Made by a program: the position numbers and the translations under genes. 64,000 nucleotides of DNA from an uncultured Verrucomicrobiae bacterium (GTDB taxonomy: Bacteria > Verrucomicrobiota > Verrucomicrobiia > Chthoniobacterales > UBA10450), in NCBI GenBank assembly GCA_963801815.1, contig CAWDGJ010000003.1, forward strand, positions 640,001 to 704,000, written 5' to 3'. How positions within the stretch are numbered: position 1 is the stretch's first letter; every line of letters starts with the position of its first letter. Under the pieces are notes generated by a model. That model was not told the origin of the DNA. It saw nothing but the letters and a program-made list of their open reading frames with translations, and ran no database searches. Below, piece after piece: positions 34,316-43,976 of the stretch.

Positions 34316-34780
34316 CTACGACTTGTCGTAAGCTAACTTGCTCGTGACCTTTTCGCCTTTGGCGTTGGTCATCGTGCTTGTAACCGTTCGGCTCTTTCGA
34401 TCGGTGGCCACGACGATCGTGCCCTCACCAACAGTTTTGCCATCCTTCTGGCTCACCATGTCGACGGTGTCTTTGCCGTTTATTTTGAACGAGCGTTGAT
34501 CGGCCTGCGGATCACCAGTGACCGCATAGAATTTGCCGTCCAATTTCCCGGCCCACTCGCTGTGAGTTTTGTTACCGTTAGCGTCAGTTCCCTCGACCGT
34601 GCATTTCTGCTGGTCGCCAACTTTTTCCCACACTACGAGGGTGGTTTTACCAGCGCCGTCGCCGAAGGTGGATTTGCTTTCGTTCAGTTTCCACGTGCCC
34701 AAGGTCGGATTGCTCGCGAAACACATTGCGGCTGTCGCGATTGAAAGCGCCAGCGCTAAACCAATTGTTTTTGTTTTCAT
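34316..34780 (-). CDS. Secreted beta-rich hypothetical protein
   Basis: Signal peptide MKTKTIGLAL..., GTWKLNESKS motif. Confidence 0.75.
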   Translation of the reverse strand: MKTKTIGLALALSIATAAMCFASNPTLGTWKLNESKSTFGDGAGKTTLVVWEKVGDQQKCTVEGTDANGNKTHSEWAGKLDGKFYAVTGDPQADQRSFKINGKDTVDMVSQKDGKTVGEGTIVVATDRKSRTVTSTMTNAKGEKVTSKLAYDKS

Positions 34781-34974
34781 TGAATTTTTTTGTCTTCTAA
34801 TCACGAGGCATACCTCGTGTGTTTTGAGTGGACCGGGCCCATTGTTTAGACCGCGACGGACAACGGTCGATGCTATTGCCGCCGAACCGGCTGAGAAACC
34901 GGATGCTCGCTTGCTGGGCGTTAGACCCTGATAGTCCATGCTACCGGTAAGTCAATCGGTTTCGGTGAACTATC

Positions 34975-35300
34975 GTGGCGAGTGACACGTGACAAGCTGC
35001 AAACCCCGAAAGCTGAAAGCTGAATGGAGCGAAATGGGGTGAGCGACATAGAAGGTAAAGTGACGAGGGTAGGAGCGAGTGAGCGCGGGCAGCGAACGAG
35101 TTTCAAAACTGAAAGCGGAAACGCTGAAACGCTGAAACGCTGAAACGCTGAAAGCGGAAAACGGAAAGCGGAAAGCGGAAAGGTGGCTGAAGGCGCCAAT
35201 TGGAGGAAGAAGTAGGAATTAAGAGTTAAGAAGGAAAGGGAGCGGAGAACGATGCGCAAGACTGGAACACCACGGAAAGTTGATGGTTGAGCGTTGAGAG
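34975..35300 (+). repeat. Long composite simple-repeat tract containing a family D copy
   Basis: (CGCTGAAA)x4, gcggaaa, aattaag and gttga units. Confidence 0.8.
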
Positions 35301-35376
35301 TCCGAAGGATTGCGGATACCGGATAGCGGAGACCGGAAAGATGGCCGAAGTTAAATCTCGAAAACAGGAGGCCGTT

Positions 35377-36294
35377 ATGCCGGACAATCACAAAGTCGTG
35401 TCACGCGAGAAATGGACTGAGGCACGGAAGGAACTTCTCAAAGCGGAAAAGGAGTTGACGAAGCGAAGCGACGAGATTGCGAGAAAACGGCAGGAACTCC
35501 CCTGGGTAAAGATCGACAAGCAGTACCAATTCGAGACCGATGAAGGCGGTTCGTGGGCCGCGAACTCTACGGCGGGAGGCGGTGAGTCCGGCAGCTGCCG
35601 GACGAATCAGTCTAGGGAAGCCGGTGACTCGGTTTTTGGGAAACCGAGGAAAGCCTCGCTGGCTGATCTTTTCCGCGGACGCTCGCAGCTGCTCATGTAT
35701 CATTTCATGTTCGGGCCCGATTACAAAGCGGGGTGTCCATCCTGTTCGTCGATCGCGGATGGGTTCAACGGCATCGCGATTCATCTGGCGAATCATGACG
35801 TGATGTTCTGGGCGGTTTCGCGCGCGCCGCTCGCGCAGTTGAACGAATACAAAAAGCGAATGGGCTGGACGTTTCCCTGGGCATCATCGTTCGGCAGCGA
35901 TTTCAATTTCGATTTCGACGCGTCGTTCACCGAAGAGCAACAGCGCAAGGGAATCGAATACAACTACCGGCGCGAGCCGCCGTCGGAGCCGCGCGGCAAA
36001 GCGCCGCCGCTATCGAGCTCGGCACCCGAAGGACCGATCAGCTTCGCGGCTTCGTCCGGGACCGACGTGGACACGTACACGCGCGAGCGCCCGGGTGTCA
36101 GCGCATTCGCGCTCGAGGACGGCATTGTTTATCACACGTATTCCGCCTACTCACGCGGCGTCGATGGACTCTGGAACATGTATCAATGGCTCGATCGCGC
36201 GCCGAAAGGCCGCAACGAAGACGGCGACCTTTGGTGGAAACGCCATGACGAATACGGCAAAGGCGCATCAGATGACTGCTGCGCCGAGAAGTAA
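35377..36294 (+). CDS. DUF899 thioredoxin-like protein with a 34-aa in-frame repeat insertion
   Basis: SLADLFRGRSQLLMYHFMFGP, GCPSCS, VSRAPL, VYHTYS, WLDRAPKGRNE. Confidence 0.9.
   Translation: MPDNHKVVSREKWTEARKELLKAEKELTKRSDEIARKRQELPWVKIDKQYQFETDEGGSWAANSTAGGGESGSCRTNQSREAGDSVFGKPRKASLADLFRGRSQLLMYHFMFGPDYKAGCPSCSSIADGFNGIAIHLANHDVMFWAVSRAPLAQLNEYKKRMGWTFPWASSFGSDFNFDFDASFTEEQQRKGIEYNYRREPPSEPRGKAPPLSSSAPEGPISFAASSGTDVDTYTRERPGVSAFALEDGIVYHTYSAYSRGVDGLWNMYQWLDRAPKGRNEDGDLWWKRHDEYGKGASDDCCAEK
35546..35647 (+). repeat. Family B copy inserted in frame in DUF899
   Basis: 102 bp; removing it restores GAT GAA GGG AAA GCC (DEGKA). Confidence 0.8.
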
Positions 36295-36361
36295 GAATTA
36301 AGAATTAAAGAAACCAGGTGCGCTTGCCCTGGAATTCGGCCAGCGATACGATCGGCGCTCT

Positions 36362-37723
36362 ATGATTAAGAAACTCCTTTGTTGGTCAGTCACGATCATT
36401 GTGCTGGATGCGGTAACGCTATTCGCGCAAGAAGGGACGACAAAGCCGGCGGAAGGGTCGCTCACTCTAAGTAAGAAGACCTGGCAATTATCGCAGGGCG
36501 TGGCCTACGAAACGACCGCGGACGGCGAAGATGCGGTGGTGGTGGTGCTCAGTAACCAACCGATCACGGCACAAAAGCTGAACGAAGCGCGAGCCGCGGA
36601 AAAGAAAGGCGAGTTTCCCGAATTCAAAAAGCCATTCCTGAAGCTGGTGTTTAACAAGAACGGCGAATTGAAGCTGTGGAATGGGGTCGACAACAACACG
36701 TCAGCCGGCGGAGTTCCCAGCGAAGGCGCCAAAGCCGAGCTGAAGCTGGAGAACGGGCGCGCAATCGGGAAAGCCAGCCATCCGCTCGATCCTTCGGCGA
36801 TGATTCCGAGAAGTTTGGATGTGAAGTTCAACGTGGCGATGTTGAAGGCCAACGAAGAACTGCCGGCGTCGGTTTTGTCGGCCAAGAAGAGTGGAGGGCC
36901 GGCCGCGAACGTGAAACCGACCGTGACCGGCACATTCATGGGGAACGGTAAAGAAGCGAAACTGAATTATGTGTCGGCGCGTTGGGTCGAACCGTTCAGC
37001 GGAAAGACCGGGATCATGCTCGTGTTTACGGAGAAAGATCATTCCAAGGTCAAGAAGCCGGATATCGACGGGATGTTTGGAAAATTCGGCAGCGCGCTGA
37101 TCATCTCGCTTCACGAAGACGGCGACATCTACAGCTGTCAGGTCGTGCACAACGCGATGAAGAACAAAGGGTTTAGCTCAAGCGGCTCGATTGAAGCCAC
37201 TCCGTTCGCTTATGAGAATGGGCAGGTCGAAGGCGAAATCACGACGAACGGCGACGTCGATACATTCGGCGAGAAGTGGGCGGTGAAATTGAAGTTCGTC
37301 GCGCCGTTGGGCGAGATTCCGAAGGAATATCAGGTCGCAGAGGAGAAACCGGCGGCGAATCCATCAAAAGAGAGCAATGAAGAAGATGCCGCGATGACTC
37401 AGGCTGACGAAAAGCCTGCCGCGGCCGGGCCGAAAGCGAAGGAATTGGCCCTGACCAACGATGCTTCGGAGATCAACTACGCCGGCCTGGTTGGGCAAAT
37501 TGATTTCAAGAGCAAGTTGCCGGTGAAAGCTGCGTGCGCGGATGTGACCAAAAATCTGAAGGCCCAGGGATGGAGTAAGGATGGGGATGATCTCATCACG
37601 CCGGCTTCATCGATTCTGAGGCGCAAACGCGGTGGAGCGTCACTCACTATTTTCGTTAAACCGGACGGGAGCGGGAGTCAGATTAAGATGATGACGGAGG
37701 GACTAGAATGGGAGGAAAACTGA
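36362..37723 (+). CDS. Secreted hypothetical protein
   Basis: 453-aa ORF, signal peptide, Lys/Glu-rich linkers. Confidence 0.75.
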   Translation: MIKKLLCWSVTIIVLDAVTLFAQEGTTKPAEGSLTLSKKTWQLSQGVAYETTADGEDAVVVVLSNQPITAQKLNEARAAEKKGEFPEFKKPFLKLVFNKNGELKLWNGVDNNTSAGGVPSEGAKAELKLENGRAIGKASHPLDPSAMIPRSLDVKFNVAMLKANEELPASVLSAKKSGGPAANVKPTVTGTFMGNGKEAKLNYVSARWVEPFSGKTGIMLVFTEKDHSKVKKPDIDGMFGKFGSALIISLHEDGDIYSCQVVHNAMKNKGFSSSGSIEATPFAYENGQVEGEITTNGDVDTFGEKWAVKLKFVAPLGEIPKEYQVAEEKPAANPSKESNEEDAAMTQADEKPAAAGPKAKELALTNDASEINYAGLVGQIDFKSKLPVKAACADVTKNLKAQGWSKDGDDLITPASSILRRKRGGASLTIFVKPDGSGSQIKMMTEGLEWEEN

Positions 37724-37863
37724 AAACTGAAAACTGAAAACTGAAAAGCTGAAACGCTCTGCAAGGACTACGGCGTGACAGACCAACGAGCGACGAAAAG
37801 CTGATAGCTGAGCACCTAACTCTACGGTTGCTAGCTGCAGTCTCAATCGACAAGATCGACATC

Positions 37864-38628
37864 ATGCCAAAAGAATTTGAAGGAAAGGTCGCGCTGGTGA
37901 CGGGCGGAGGTTCTGGAATCGGTCGCGCGAGCGCGATCGCGTTGGCGCGCGACGGCGCGAAGGTCATGATCGGCAATCGCAATGTTCAGCGCGGCGAGGA
38001 GACGGTGGCGATGATTCAAAAGGCTGGCGGGACGGCGAACTTCAAACGAACCGACGTGACTGTCGCAGCGGAGATAAAAGCATTGGTCGATCACGCAGTG
38101 AAAACGTACGGCGGACTCGATTTTGCGTTCAACAACGCCGGTGTTGAAGGCGATGTCGCATCGGTTGTCGATCAAACCGAGGCGAGCTACGACGCCGTCA
38201 TGGATGTGAATGTCAAAGGCGTGTGGCTTTCGATGAAGTACGAAATTCCGCGGATGTTGGAGCGCGGCGGCGGCGCGATCGTGAACTGTTCGTCGGTCGC
38301 GGGATTGATCGGGTTTCCGAATATGTCGATCTACATGGCATCAAAGCACGCCGTCATCGGGCTCACGAAAGTCGCCGCGTTGGAATATTCCGCGCAAGGG
38401 ATCCGGATCAACGCGGTCAATCCGGCGGTCATCGACACGGAAATGGTCGACCGGCTGGCGGCGGCGATGAGTATGAAGAAAAATGACGACCTTGTCCCGC
38501 TGCATCCGATTGGGCGACTTGGCCGGGTCGAGGAGATCGCGGACGCAGTCGTCTGGTTGTGTTCCAAGAAATCATCTTTTGTGGCCGGGCACAGTCTGAT
38601 CGTCGATGGCGGCTTCACCGCGCGGTAG
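37864..38628 (+). CDS. SDR family oxidoreductase
   Basis: TGGGSGIG, NNAG, YMASK, IVDGG. Confidence 0.95.
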   Translation: MPKEFEGKVALVTGGGSGIGRASAIALARDGAKVMIGNRNVQRGEETVAMIQKAGGTANFKRTDVTVAAEIKALVDHAVKTYGGLDFAFNNAGVEGDVASVVDQTEASYDAVMDVNVKGVWLSMKYEIPRMLERGGGAIVNCSSVAGLIGFPNMSIYMASKHAVIGLTKVAALEYSAQGIRINAVNPAVIDTEMVDRLAAAMSMKKNDDLVPLHPIGRLGRVEEIADAVVWLCSKKSSFVAGHSLIVDGGFTAR

Positions 38629-38642
38629 GGCCACAGAAGAGA

Positions 38643-38712
38643 GAGGACAGAGGACAGAGGACAGAGGACAGAGGACAGAGGACAGAGGACAGAGGACAGA
38701 GGACAGAGGACA
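38643..38712 (+). repeat. Perfect heptamer tandem repeat (GAGGACA)x10
   Basis: Read directly; fills the gap between two convergent stop codons. Confidence 0.97.
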
Positions 38713-38716
38713 GAAG

Positions 38717-39343
38717 TTATTGGCGTTCGGATACGTTGAAAAAGTTCCATTCCCAGGTCTTTCCTTTGTCGGCGGAAAAGGCCTGGCCCCAGAGCAGCCG
38801 CTCCTTGTTTCGCGCATCCCACCGAAACATCACGATGATCGGTTTGCCCTTGAAGGTGTCTTTGGCGAAGAAATGTCCTACTCCATTTTCAAACGATCCC
38901 ACGACCGGAGGATCAATCGTCGCGGTATTACTGGCGATCCAATAAAGACTCCATAAACGGGTTTTCGGATCGAACAGGCGAATCGTCAGGCCCTCGAAGA
39001 GCTTGCCTTCCTGTCCAGGGAACTGGGTCGTCGAATAAGTATCCATGTCGGCGGTGTTCGCGAGGATCTTGGTGTTCGCGCTCGTGGAATCGAATTCGGT
39101 CCAGGTTTTGCAGTTCTCCAGTCGTTTATCGAGGTGGCGGTTATGCATTTTCCAGTTCCCGACGAGGAAATCGAAGTCGCTCGGTGACGAAGTCGCCGAT
39201 GCCGTGAGAACGAGATTGCCCTTGGCATCGAAATTCACTTTCGGAATCGGAACCGATTCATCTGCGGTCAGGCCGTCGGTTGCGGCGGCCCAAACGCCGG
39301 GCGAAAAAACTGAAAGCAAGAGCAGAGCGAGGAGTGGTTTCAT
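38717..39343 (-). CDS. Secreted hypothetical protein (DUF1579-like)
   Basis: Signal peptide; DFDFLVGNW, WGQAFSADKGKTWEWN. Confidence 0.75.
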   Translation of the reverse strand: MKPLLALLLLSVFSPGVWAAATDGLTADESVPIPKVNFDAKGNLVLTASATSSPSDFDFLVGNWKMHNRHLDKRLENCKTWTEFDSTSANTKILANTADMDTYSTTQFPGQEGKLFEGLTIRLFDPKTRLWSLYWIASNTATIDPPVVGSFENGVGHFFAKDTFKGKPIIVMFRWDARNKERLLWGQAFSADKGKTWEWNFFNVSERQ

Positions 39344-39479
39344 AGGATTACCTTCCTAGAAAACGGAAAGCTGAAAAGCGGAAAGCGGAAAACGAAAGAA
39401 GTGACAAGGAACAAGCAAGGAAAGTTAAAATTAGGAAGTATGAATTAGGAAATCGGAAATCCGAGGTTGGGATTCGAGC

Positions 39480-39940
39480 TTAGATTTTTTCCCAGACTCG
39501 ATCGGCCACGGGGTCGCGGCCTTCGTCGAATTCGATGTGGTCGATGAGGGTTTCGATTGGTTTTCCGGTGAGGCCGCTTTCCTTAATGCGCTGGGGGAGA
39601 ATGTGGCTGCGTTCGTCGCGCCAACCTAACTTGGCGATGAAGCGGTTCCAAACGTGGCATTCTTCGTCAGTGCGCGGAATGCCGTGAGCGTGCGCCCAGG
39701 CCAGAACGGCTTCATCGTTTCGCCGGCGAGAACGTGATGCTTGATGTCAGAGTGGGAGACGCCGAGAAAGCGGCAGCAGCGACCATCGAGAGTGAAAAAT
39801 TGCGCGTCGCCCAGGTAATCGTGGTAAGCGGGCGGGAGTTGACCCGCGGCGTGCAGGCGAATCTTGTCCAGCATCCGCCCAAAATAGATCAGGCGTCCGA
39901 CTTTATCGTAGCAACTGCGCAGACCCGGAACGTTTGGCAT
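39480..39940 (-). CDS. DUF5069-domain protein, frameshift near 39715
   Basis: LRSCYDKVGRLIYFGRMLDKIRL; second frame VWNRFIAKLGWRD...IDHIEFDEGRD. Confidence 0.75.
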
Positions 39941-40084
39941 GGACAAAGTCTCGCTCAGGGCGCTTTGCTTTCCAATTTTGGAATCCGATGAAAACTCAAA
40001 TTACAGCGGCGTAGTATAGAAAACTGAAACGCGGAAAGTCCGAGCCTGGAGTTGGGAGCGGCGTTTCGTTGTCTCTCAGTTTTC

Positions 40085-40239
40085 ACCAAAACTGAGTCAC
40101 CGGCTGCCCTAGACCGACTCGTCCGGCAGCTGCCGGACTCGCGGCCTTACGCTCCCGCTAGTTCGGCAAGAATGTTCCCAGAATATGAATTGCCGCAGAG
40201 CGGCGGCCTTCCGCCGTAAAGTTCGCGCCTGCGAACCGC
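40085..40239 (-). repeat. Family B copy interrupted by element A copy 6 (40149-40210)
   Basis: Both halves match 35546-35647; the 62-bp insert begins ACGCTCCCGCTAG and ends GCGGCggccTT. Confidence 0.8.
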
Positions 40240-40288
40240 TCTATATAATAGGTGCTTTAGCCGCCTAACAGACGATAGTACCGTTGTT

Positions 40289-41659
40289 ATGTCATTTCGC
40301 GCACTCAATCTCTCCCCCCAAATGTTACAGGCCGTGCAGGACGCGGGTTACACCGAGCCGACTCCGATTCAGATCGCAGCGATCCCACTGATTCTCGCGG
40401 GACACGATGTCATCGGCATCGCGCAGACGGGCACGGGAAAAACGGCTGCGTTCGTTCTGCCGATTCTAATGAAGCTCGTAGAATCGAAACAGAAAGTAAC
40501 GCACGCCTATAACGGAGCTCGCAACGGCCAGTCTGGCTCGGACCGTGGCACGCGCGCGCTGGTGGTCGCCCCGACGCGAGAGCTGGTGGCGCAGATCGAG
40601 GAGAACGTGCGCGCTTACGCGAAACATGTTCCGCTGCGCATGGCCACGGTTTTCGGCGGAGTGAGCGAACGTCCGCAGATCGAGGCGTTGCGTTCCGGTG
40701 TCGATCTTGTCGTGGCTACGCCGGGCCGGTTGATCGATTTGATGGACCAACGAGTCGCCAATCTTTCGGGCATCGAGTTTCTGGTGCTGGACGAAGCCGA
40801 TCGAATGCTCGACATGGGTTTTCTTCCGCCGATTCGCCGGATCGTGAAAGCGTTGCCGCAAAAGCGCCAGACGCTCATGTTCTCTGCTTCGCTTTCGCAC
40901 GAAATCGAGCAGTTAACCCATCAGTTCCAACATTCGCCAAAGATTGTGGAGATTGGCCGGCGCGCGAACCCGGCCGACACGGTCACGCAGTTAGCTTACG
41001 AAGTGCGGCAGCATTTGAAACCCGCGTTACTGCTTCATCTCCTGGCCGATCCGCAATTCGACACCGTTCTTGTTTTTAGCCGGACCAAGCACGGCGCGGA
41101 CAAGATCGCTCGCCGTCTCGAAAGCAGCGGGATCAAGACGGGAACGATCCATTCCAATCGCTCGCAGAACCAGCGGCTTCGCGCGTTGAAGGATTTCAAA
41201 TCGGGCGCCGTCCGCGTCTTGGTCGCGACCGATATCGCTGCGCGCGGCATCGACGTGGATGGGATTTCGCACGTGGTGAATTACGATTTCCCGATGCACT
41301 CCGAGGATTATGTTCATCGCATCGGACGCACCGGCCGCGCCCACGCCATCGGCGATGCGATCAGCTTCATTACGCCGGAAGATCATGGACCGCTGCGATC
41401 GCTCGAACGTTTCATCGGACGCGGAATCGTGCGAAAGAAAGCGGAAGGTTTTGATTACAACGCCGCCGCTCCGCCGCACGAACACCAGAGGAGGGGAGAC
41501 GCACGCTCTTCCCGGCCGCAGAAAATCGAACCGCGGTTACCCGGAAATTCCAGGCATGGGAACGGTGAGGCATCCCACCGTGGCGGTGGTCATCCTCCTC
41601 GTGGCTTTTCATCGACTAACTATCGGCCGGCGAGAAGATCGTACCGAAGACATAGGTAA
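40289..41659 (+). CDS. rhlE: DEAD-box RNA helicase (RhlE-like)
   Basis: Q motif, AQTGTGKT, PTREL, DEAD, SAS, ARGID, HRIGRTGR. Confidence 0.93.
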   Translation: MSFRALNLSPQMLQAVQDAGYTEPTPIQIAAIPLILAGHDVIGIAQTGTGKTAAFVLPILMKLVESKQKVTHAYNGARNGQSGSDRGTRALVVAPTRELVAQIEENVRAYAKHVPLRMATVFGGVSERPQIEALRSGVDLVVATPGRLIDLMDQRVANLSGIEFLVLDEADRMLDMGFLPPIRRIVKALPQKRQTLMFSASLSHEIEQLTHQFQHSPKIVEIGRRANPADTVTQLAYEVRQHLKPALLLHLLADPQFDTVLVFSRTKHGADKIARRLESSGIKTGTIHSNRSQNQRLRALKDFKSGAVRVLVATDIAARGIDVDGISHVVNYDFPMHSEDYVHRIGRTGRAHAIGDAISFITPEDHGPLRSLERFIGRGIVRKKAEGFDYNAAAPPHEHQRRGDARSSRPQKIEPRLPGNSRHGNGEASHRGGGHPPRGFSSTNYRPARRSYRRHR

Positions 41660-41686
41660 GTGAAGTGACGAGTGACCCGCCACGGC

Positions 41687-41716
41687 TGGAGCCACGCACC
41701 TTTACGGAGTTGAGAG
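41687..41716 (+). repeat. 30-bp direct repeat (second copy 42862-42891)
   Basis: TGGAGCCACGCACCTTTACGGAGTTGAGAG identical at both sites. Confidence 0.9.
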
Positions 41717-41992
41717 TTGAGGGAAGCGTGTCGAGAAGACGCTTGCTAATCGGCGTCCAGCCCGTCTTGCTGTGCTGATGAAATACATGATCAGTTGGTG
41801 GGAGTGATCGCAGGGATCGCCGATGAGAGGGCAGAGGGGAAGGACGGAGGGATCCAATGCCTGTTGAAAGGGCAAATTATATGATTAGGTAATTGCCCGG
41901 CGCGGCTGTAGATTCGCCAACAACTCGCAGCGTCAATCGATCGCGCAGGTGTGCGGCCTTTCCCTCTGCCCAACCAACCAACCGATCACATC

Positions 41993-42166
41993 ATGACTAT
42001 TATCACTGCGAAACAGAATGCGCTCGAGAACTTCGCCAGCGCGACAGACTGGATGGCGTCCTTCCTCGATTTTCAGATCAGTAAACTCGAAGATGGCGGC
42101 CAGGACATCGACGCGGGAAAAGCCGGTAAATTACCGGAGACCAATCAGGACCCAATATGGAACTGA
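41993..42166 (+). CDS. Small hypothetical protein (57 aa)
   Basis: ATG-started ORF MTIITAKQNALENFASATDWMASFLDFQI...; no recognised motif. Confidence 0.4.
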   Translation: MTIITAKQNALENFASATDWMASFLDFQISKLEDGGQDIDAGKAGKLPETNQDPIWN

Positions 42167-42520
42167 CGGTACCCATCCTTAAGCGTGACCTGGCGCAGCA
42201 CACTATTGGCAAAGAACGGGCGGCGCTTTTCCGTCACTATCGCGTCGTGACGCGTAAACCAAGGTCCGACGTTTTTTTGGGGCGAATCACGCGTGGCAAC
42301 AACCTTTCGGGAAAAAGCTGAAACGCGGAAAGCGTAAACACTGGAGAGCTGAATGAGCGTTTGTGTTTTCCGTAATCTGGACGACAGTGGGCGCTTATTG
42401 GATTGCTCTGTTTAACTCCACTGCACGGTAGATCGTCAGGTGAGCGTCGCTCATTGATGGTTTGAAACCCGATTCCCGGGAACGGCTCTGTAGCCCTTAG
42501 TTTTTCCAAATTCAAACACA

Positions 42521-42814
42521 ATGAAACTGTACGTAGGTAATCTCTCTTTTGAGACCACTGAGAACGATCTCCAAGATCTGTTCCAACAACACGGCACCGT
42601 CAACGAAGTCAATCTCATGATGGACAAGATGACTGGCAAATCGCGCGGGTTCGCGTTCGTCACCATGGGTGACGCGACGCAAGGCGGCGCCGCGATGAGC
42701 GCGCTGAACGGCAAGGAGCTTAACGGTCGCGCTTTAAATGTTAATGAAGCTCGTCCGCGCGAAGAGCGGCCTCGCCCCGGCGGGAACCGTCCTTTTGCGG
42801 GCAATCGCCGATAG
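42521..42814 (+). CDS. RRM (RNP-1) RNA-binding protein
   Basis: KLYVGNLSF (RNP2), SRGFAFVTM (RNP1), VNEARPREE. Confidence 0.95.
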   Translation: MKLYVGNLSFETTENDLQDLFQQHGTVNEVNLMMDKMTGKSRGFAFVTMGDATQGGAAMSALNGKELNGRALNVNEARPREERPRPGGNRPFAGNRR

Positions 42815-42956
42815 GCGAAGAAGTTGAGAGTTGATTGTTGAGTGCGTAAAGCTCTATCTATTGGAGCCACGCACCTTTACGGAGTTGAGAGATCGACGAT
42901 GGCAATCAACCATCAACCAACAACGGAGGTCAGAATCAGAAATCAGAGGTCAAGCA

Positions 42957-43976
42957 ATGCAGATCTTCCGTATTCCCACCGACCGGATTAACTGGACGAC
43001 GAGCACGTTCTTAATCGGCACTTTTGTTTTAACCCTGACGGCGGTGCCGCTGTATCTGTGGTTTTTCGGCGTCGATTGGTTCCATTTCATTGTCGCCGGA
43101 GTCTTGCTGGCCGCGACTGGCTTCAGCATCACGCTCGGTTACCATCGGCTTTTCGCACACGCGACTTTTCGCGCCCGGCTGCCGGTTCGGCTGTTCACAC
43201 TCATTTTTGGCGCTGCCGCGTTTGAGAATTCAGTTTTGATGTGGGCGAGCGAACATCGCCGGCACCATAAACATGTGGATCATGACGAAGACCCCTACGA
43301 CATCACCAAGGGATTTTTCCACGCCCACATTGGCTGGCTTCTGTTCAAGCTGTGGCCCCAGCCCCCGTTCGACAACGTGGCCGATTTGAAAAAAGATCCG
43401 CTGGTGATGTGGCAACATCGACATGTTCATTTGCTTGCGGTTTTGATGAGTTTTGTTTTGCCGACTTTGCTTGGCGCCATTTGGGATGGATGGACTGGCG
43501 CGCTTGGTGGTTTTTTAATCGGCGGCGTGGCCAAAGTGGTCGTGCTTCAACACGGCACGTTCCTGATCAACTCGGCCTGTCACACCATGGGCCGCCAGCC
43601 GTACTCGACTCGGTGTAGCGCGCGCGATTCATTCACGATGGCGCTGTTTACCTTCGGCGAAGGCTATCATAATTATCACCACGAATTTCAACACGACTAT
43701 CGCAACGGGGTGAAGCCGTGGCAGTGGGATCCGACCAAATGGTTGATCTGGACTTTGTCGAAGCTCGGACTAACCGGCGGTTTGCGTCGGGCGCCGGCGG
43801 AATTGATTTCATCGAGCGAAGCAAAAGTGAAGGAGAAGACGAGGAAACGCGGAAAGCTCAAAACTGAAGCGCCGAAATTCTCGTTAGCGGATGACAAAGA
43901 AACAGGCGAGTCCGATCGCGACCAGGTCTTCGAGCAGGGCGATAAAAATATCTTTGATGTTCAATGCGCTAACTAG
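42957..43976 (+). CDS. Delta-9 acyl-CoA/acyl-lipid fatty acid desaturase; C-terminus reads through a repeat
   Basis: His boxes HRLFAH, HRRHH, HNYHH; WDPTKW. The last ~45 codons are repeat or antisense sequence. Confidence 0.9.
   Translation: MQIFRIPTDRINWTTSTFLIGTFVLTLTAVPLYLWFFGVDWFHFIVAGVLLAATGFSITLGYHRLFAHATFRARLPVRLFTLIFGAAAFENSVLMWASEHRRHHKHVDHDEDPYDITKGFFHAHIGWLLFKLWPQPPFDNVADLKKDPLVMWQHRHVHLLAVLMSFVLPTLLGAIWDGWTGALGGFLIGGVAKVVVLQHGTFLINSACHTMGRQPYSTRCSARDSFTMALFTFGEGYHNYHHEFQHDYRNGVKPWQWDPTKWLIWTLSKLGLTGGLRRAPAELISSSEAKVKEKTRKRGKLKTEAPKFSLADDKETGESDRDQVFEQGDKNIFDVQCAN

Noticed and set aside
34921..35391. ORFs made of translated repeats (also 10795, 28740, 38331-38956) and antisense shadow ORFs
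   Set aside because: Low-complexity translations of repeat tracts, or overlaps with well-supported genes in GC-rich DNA.
38643..38712. Possible CRISPR array
   Set aside because: Pure 7-mer tandem repeat with no spacers; no cas genes in the window.
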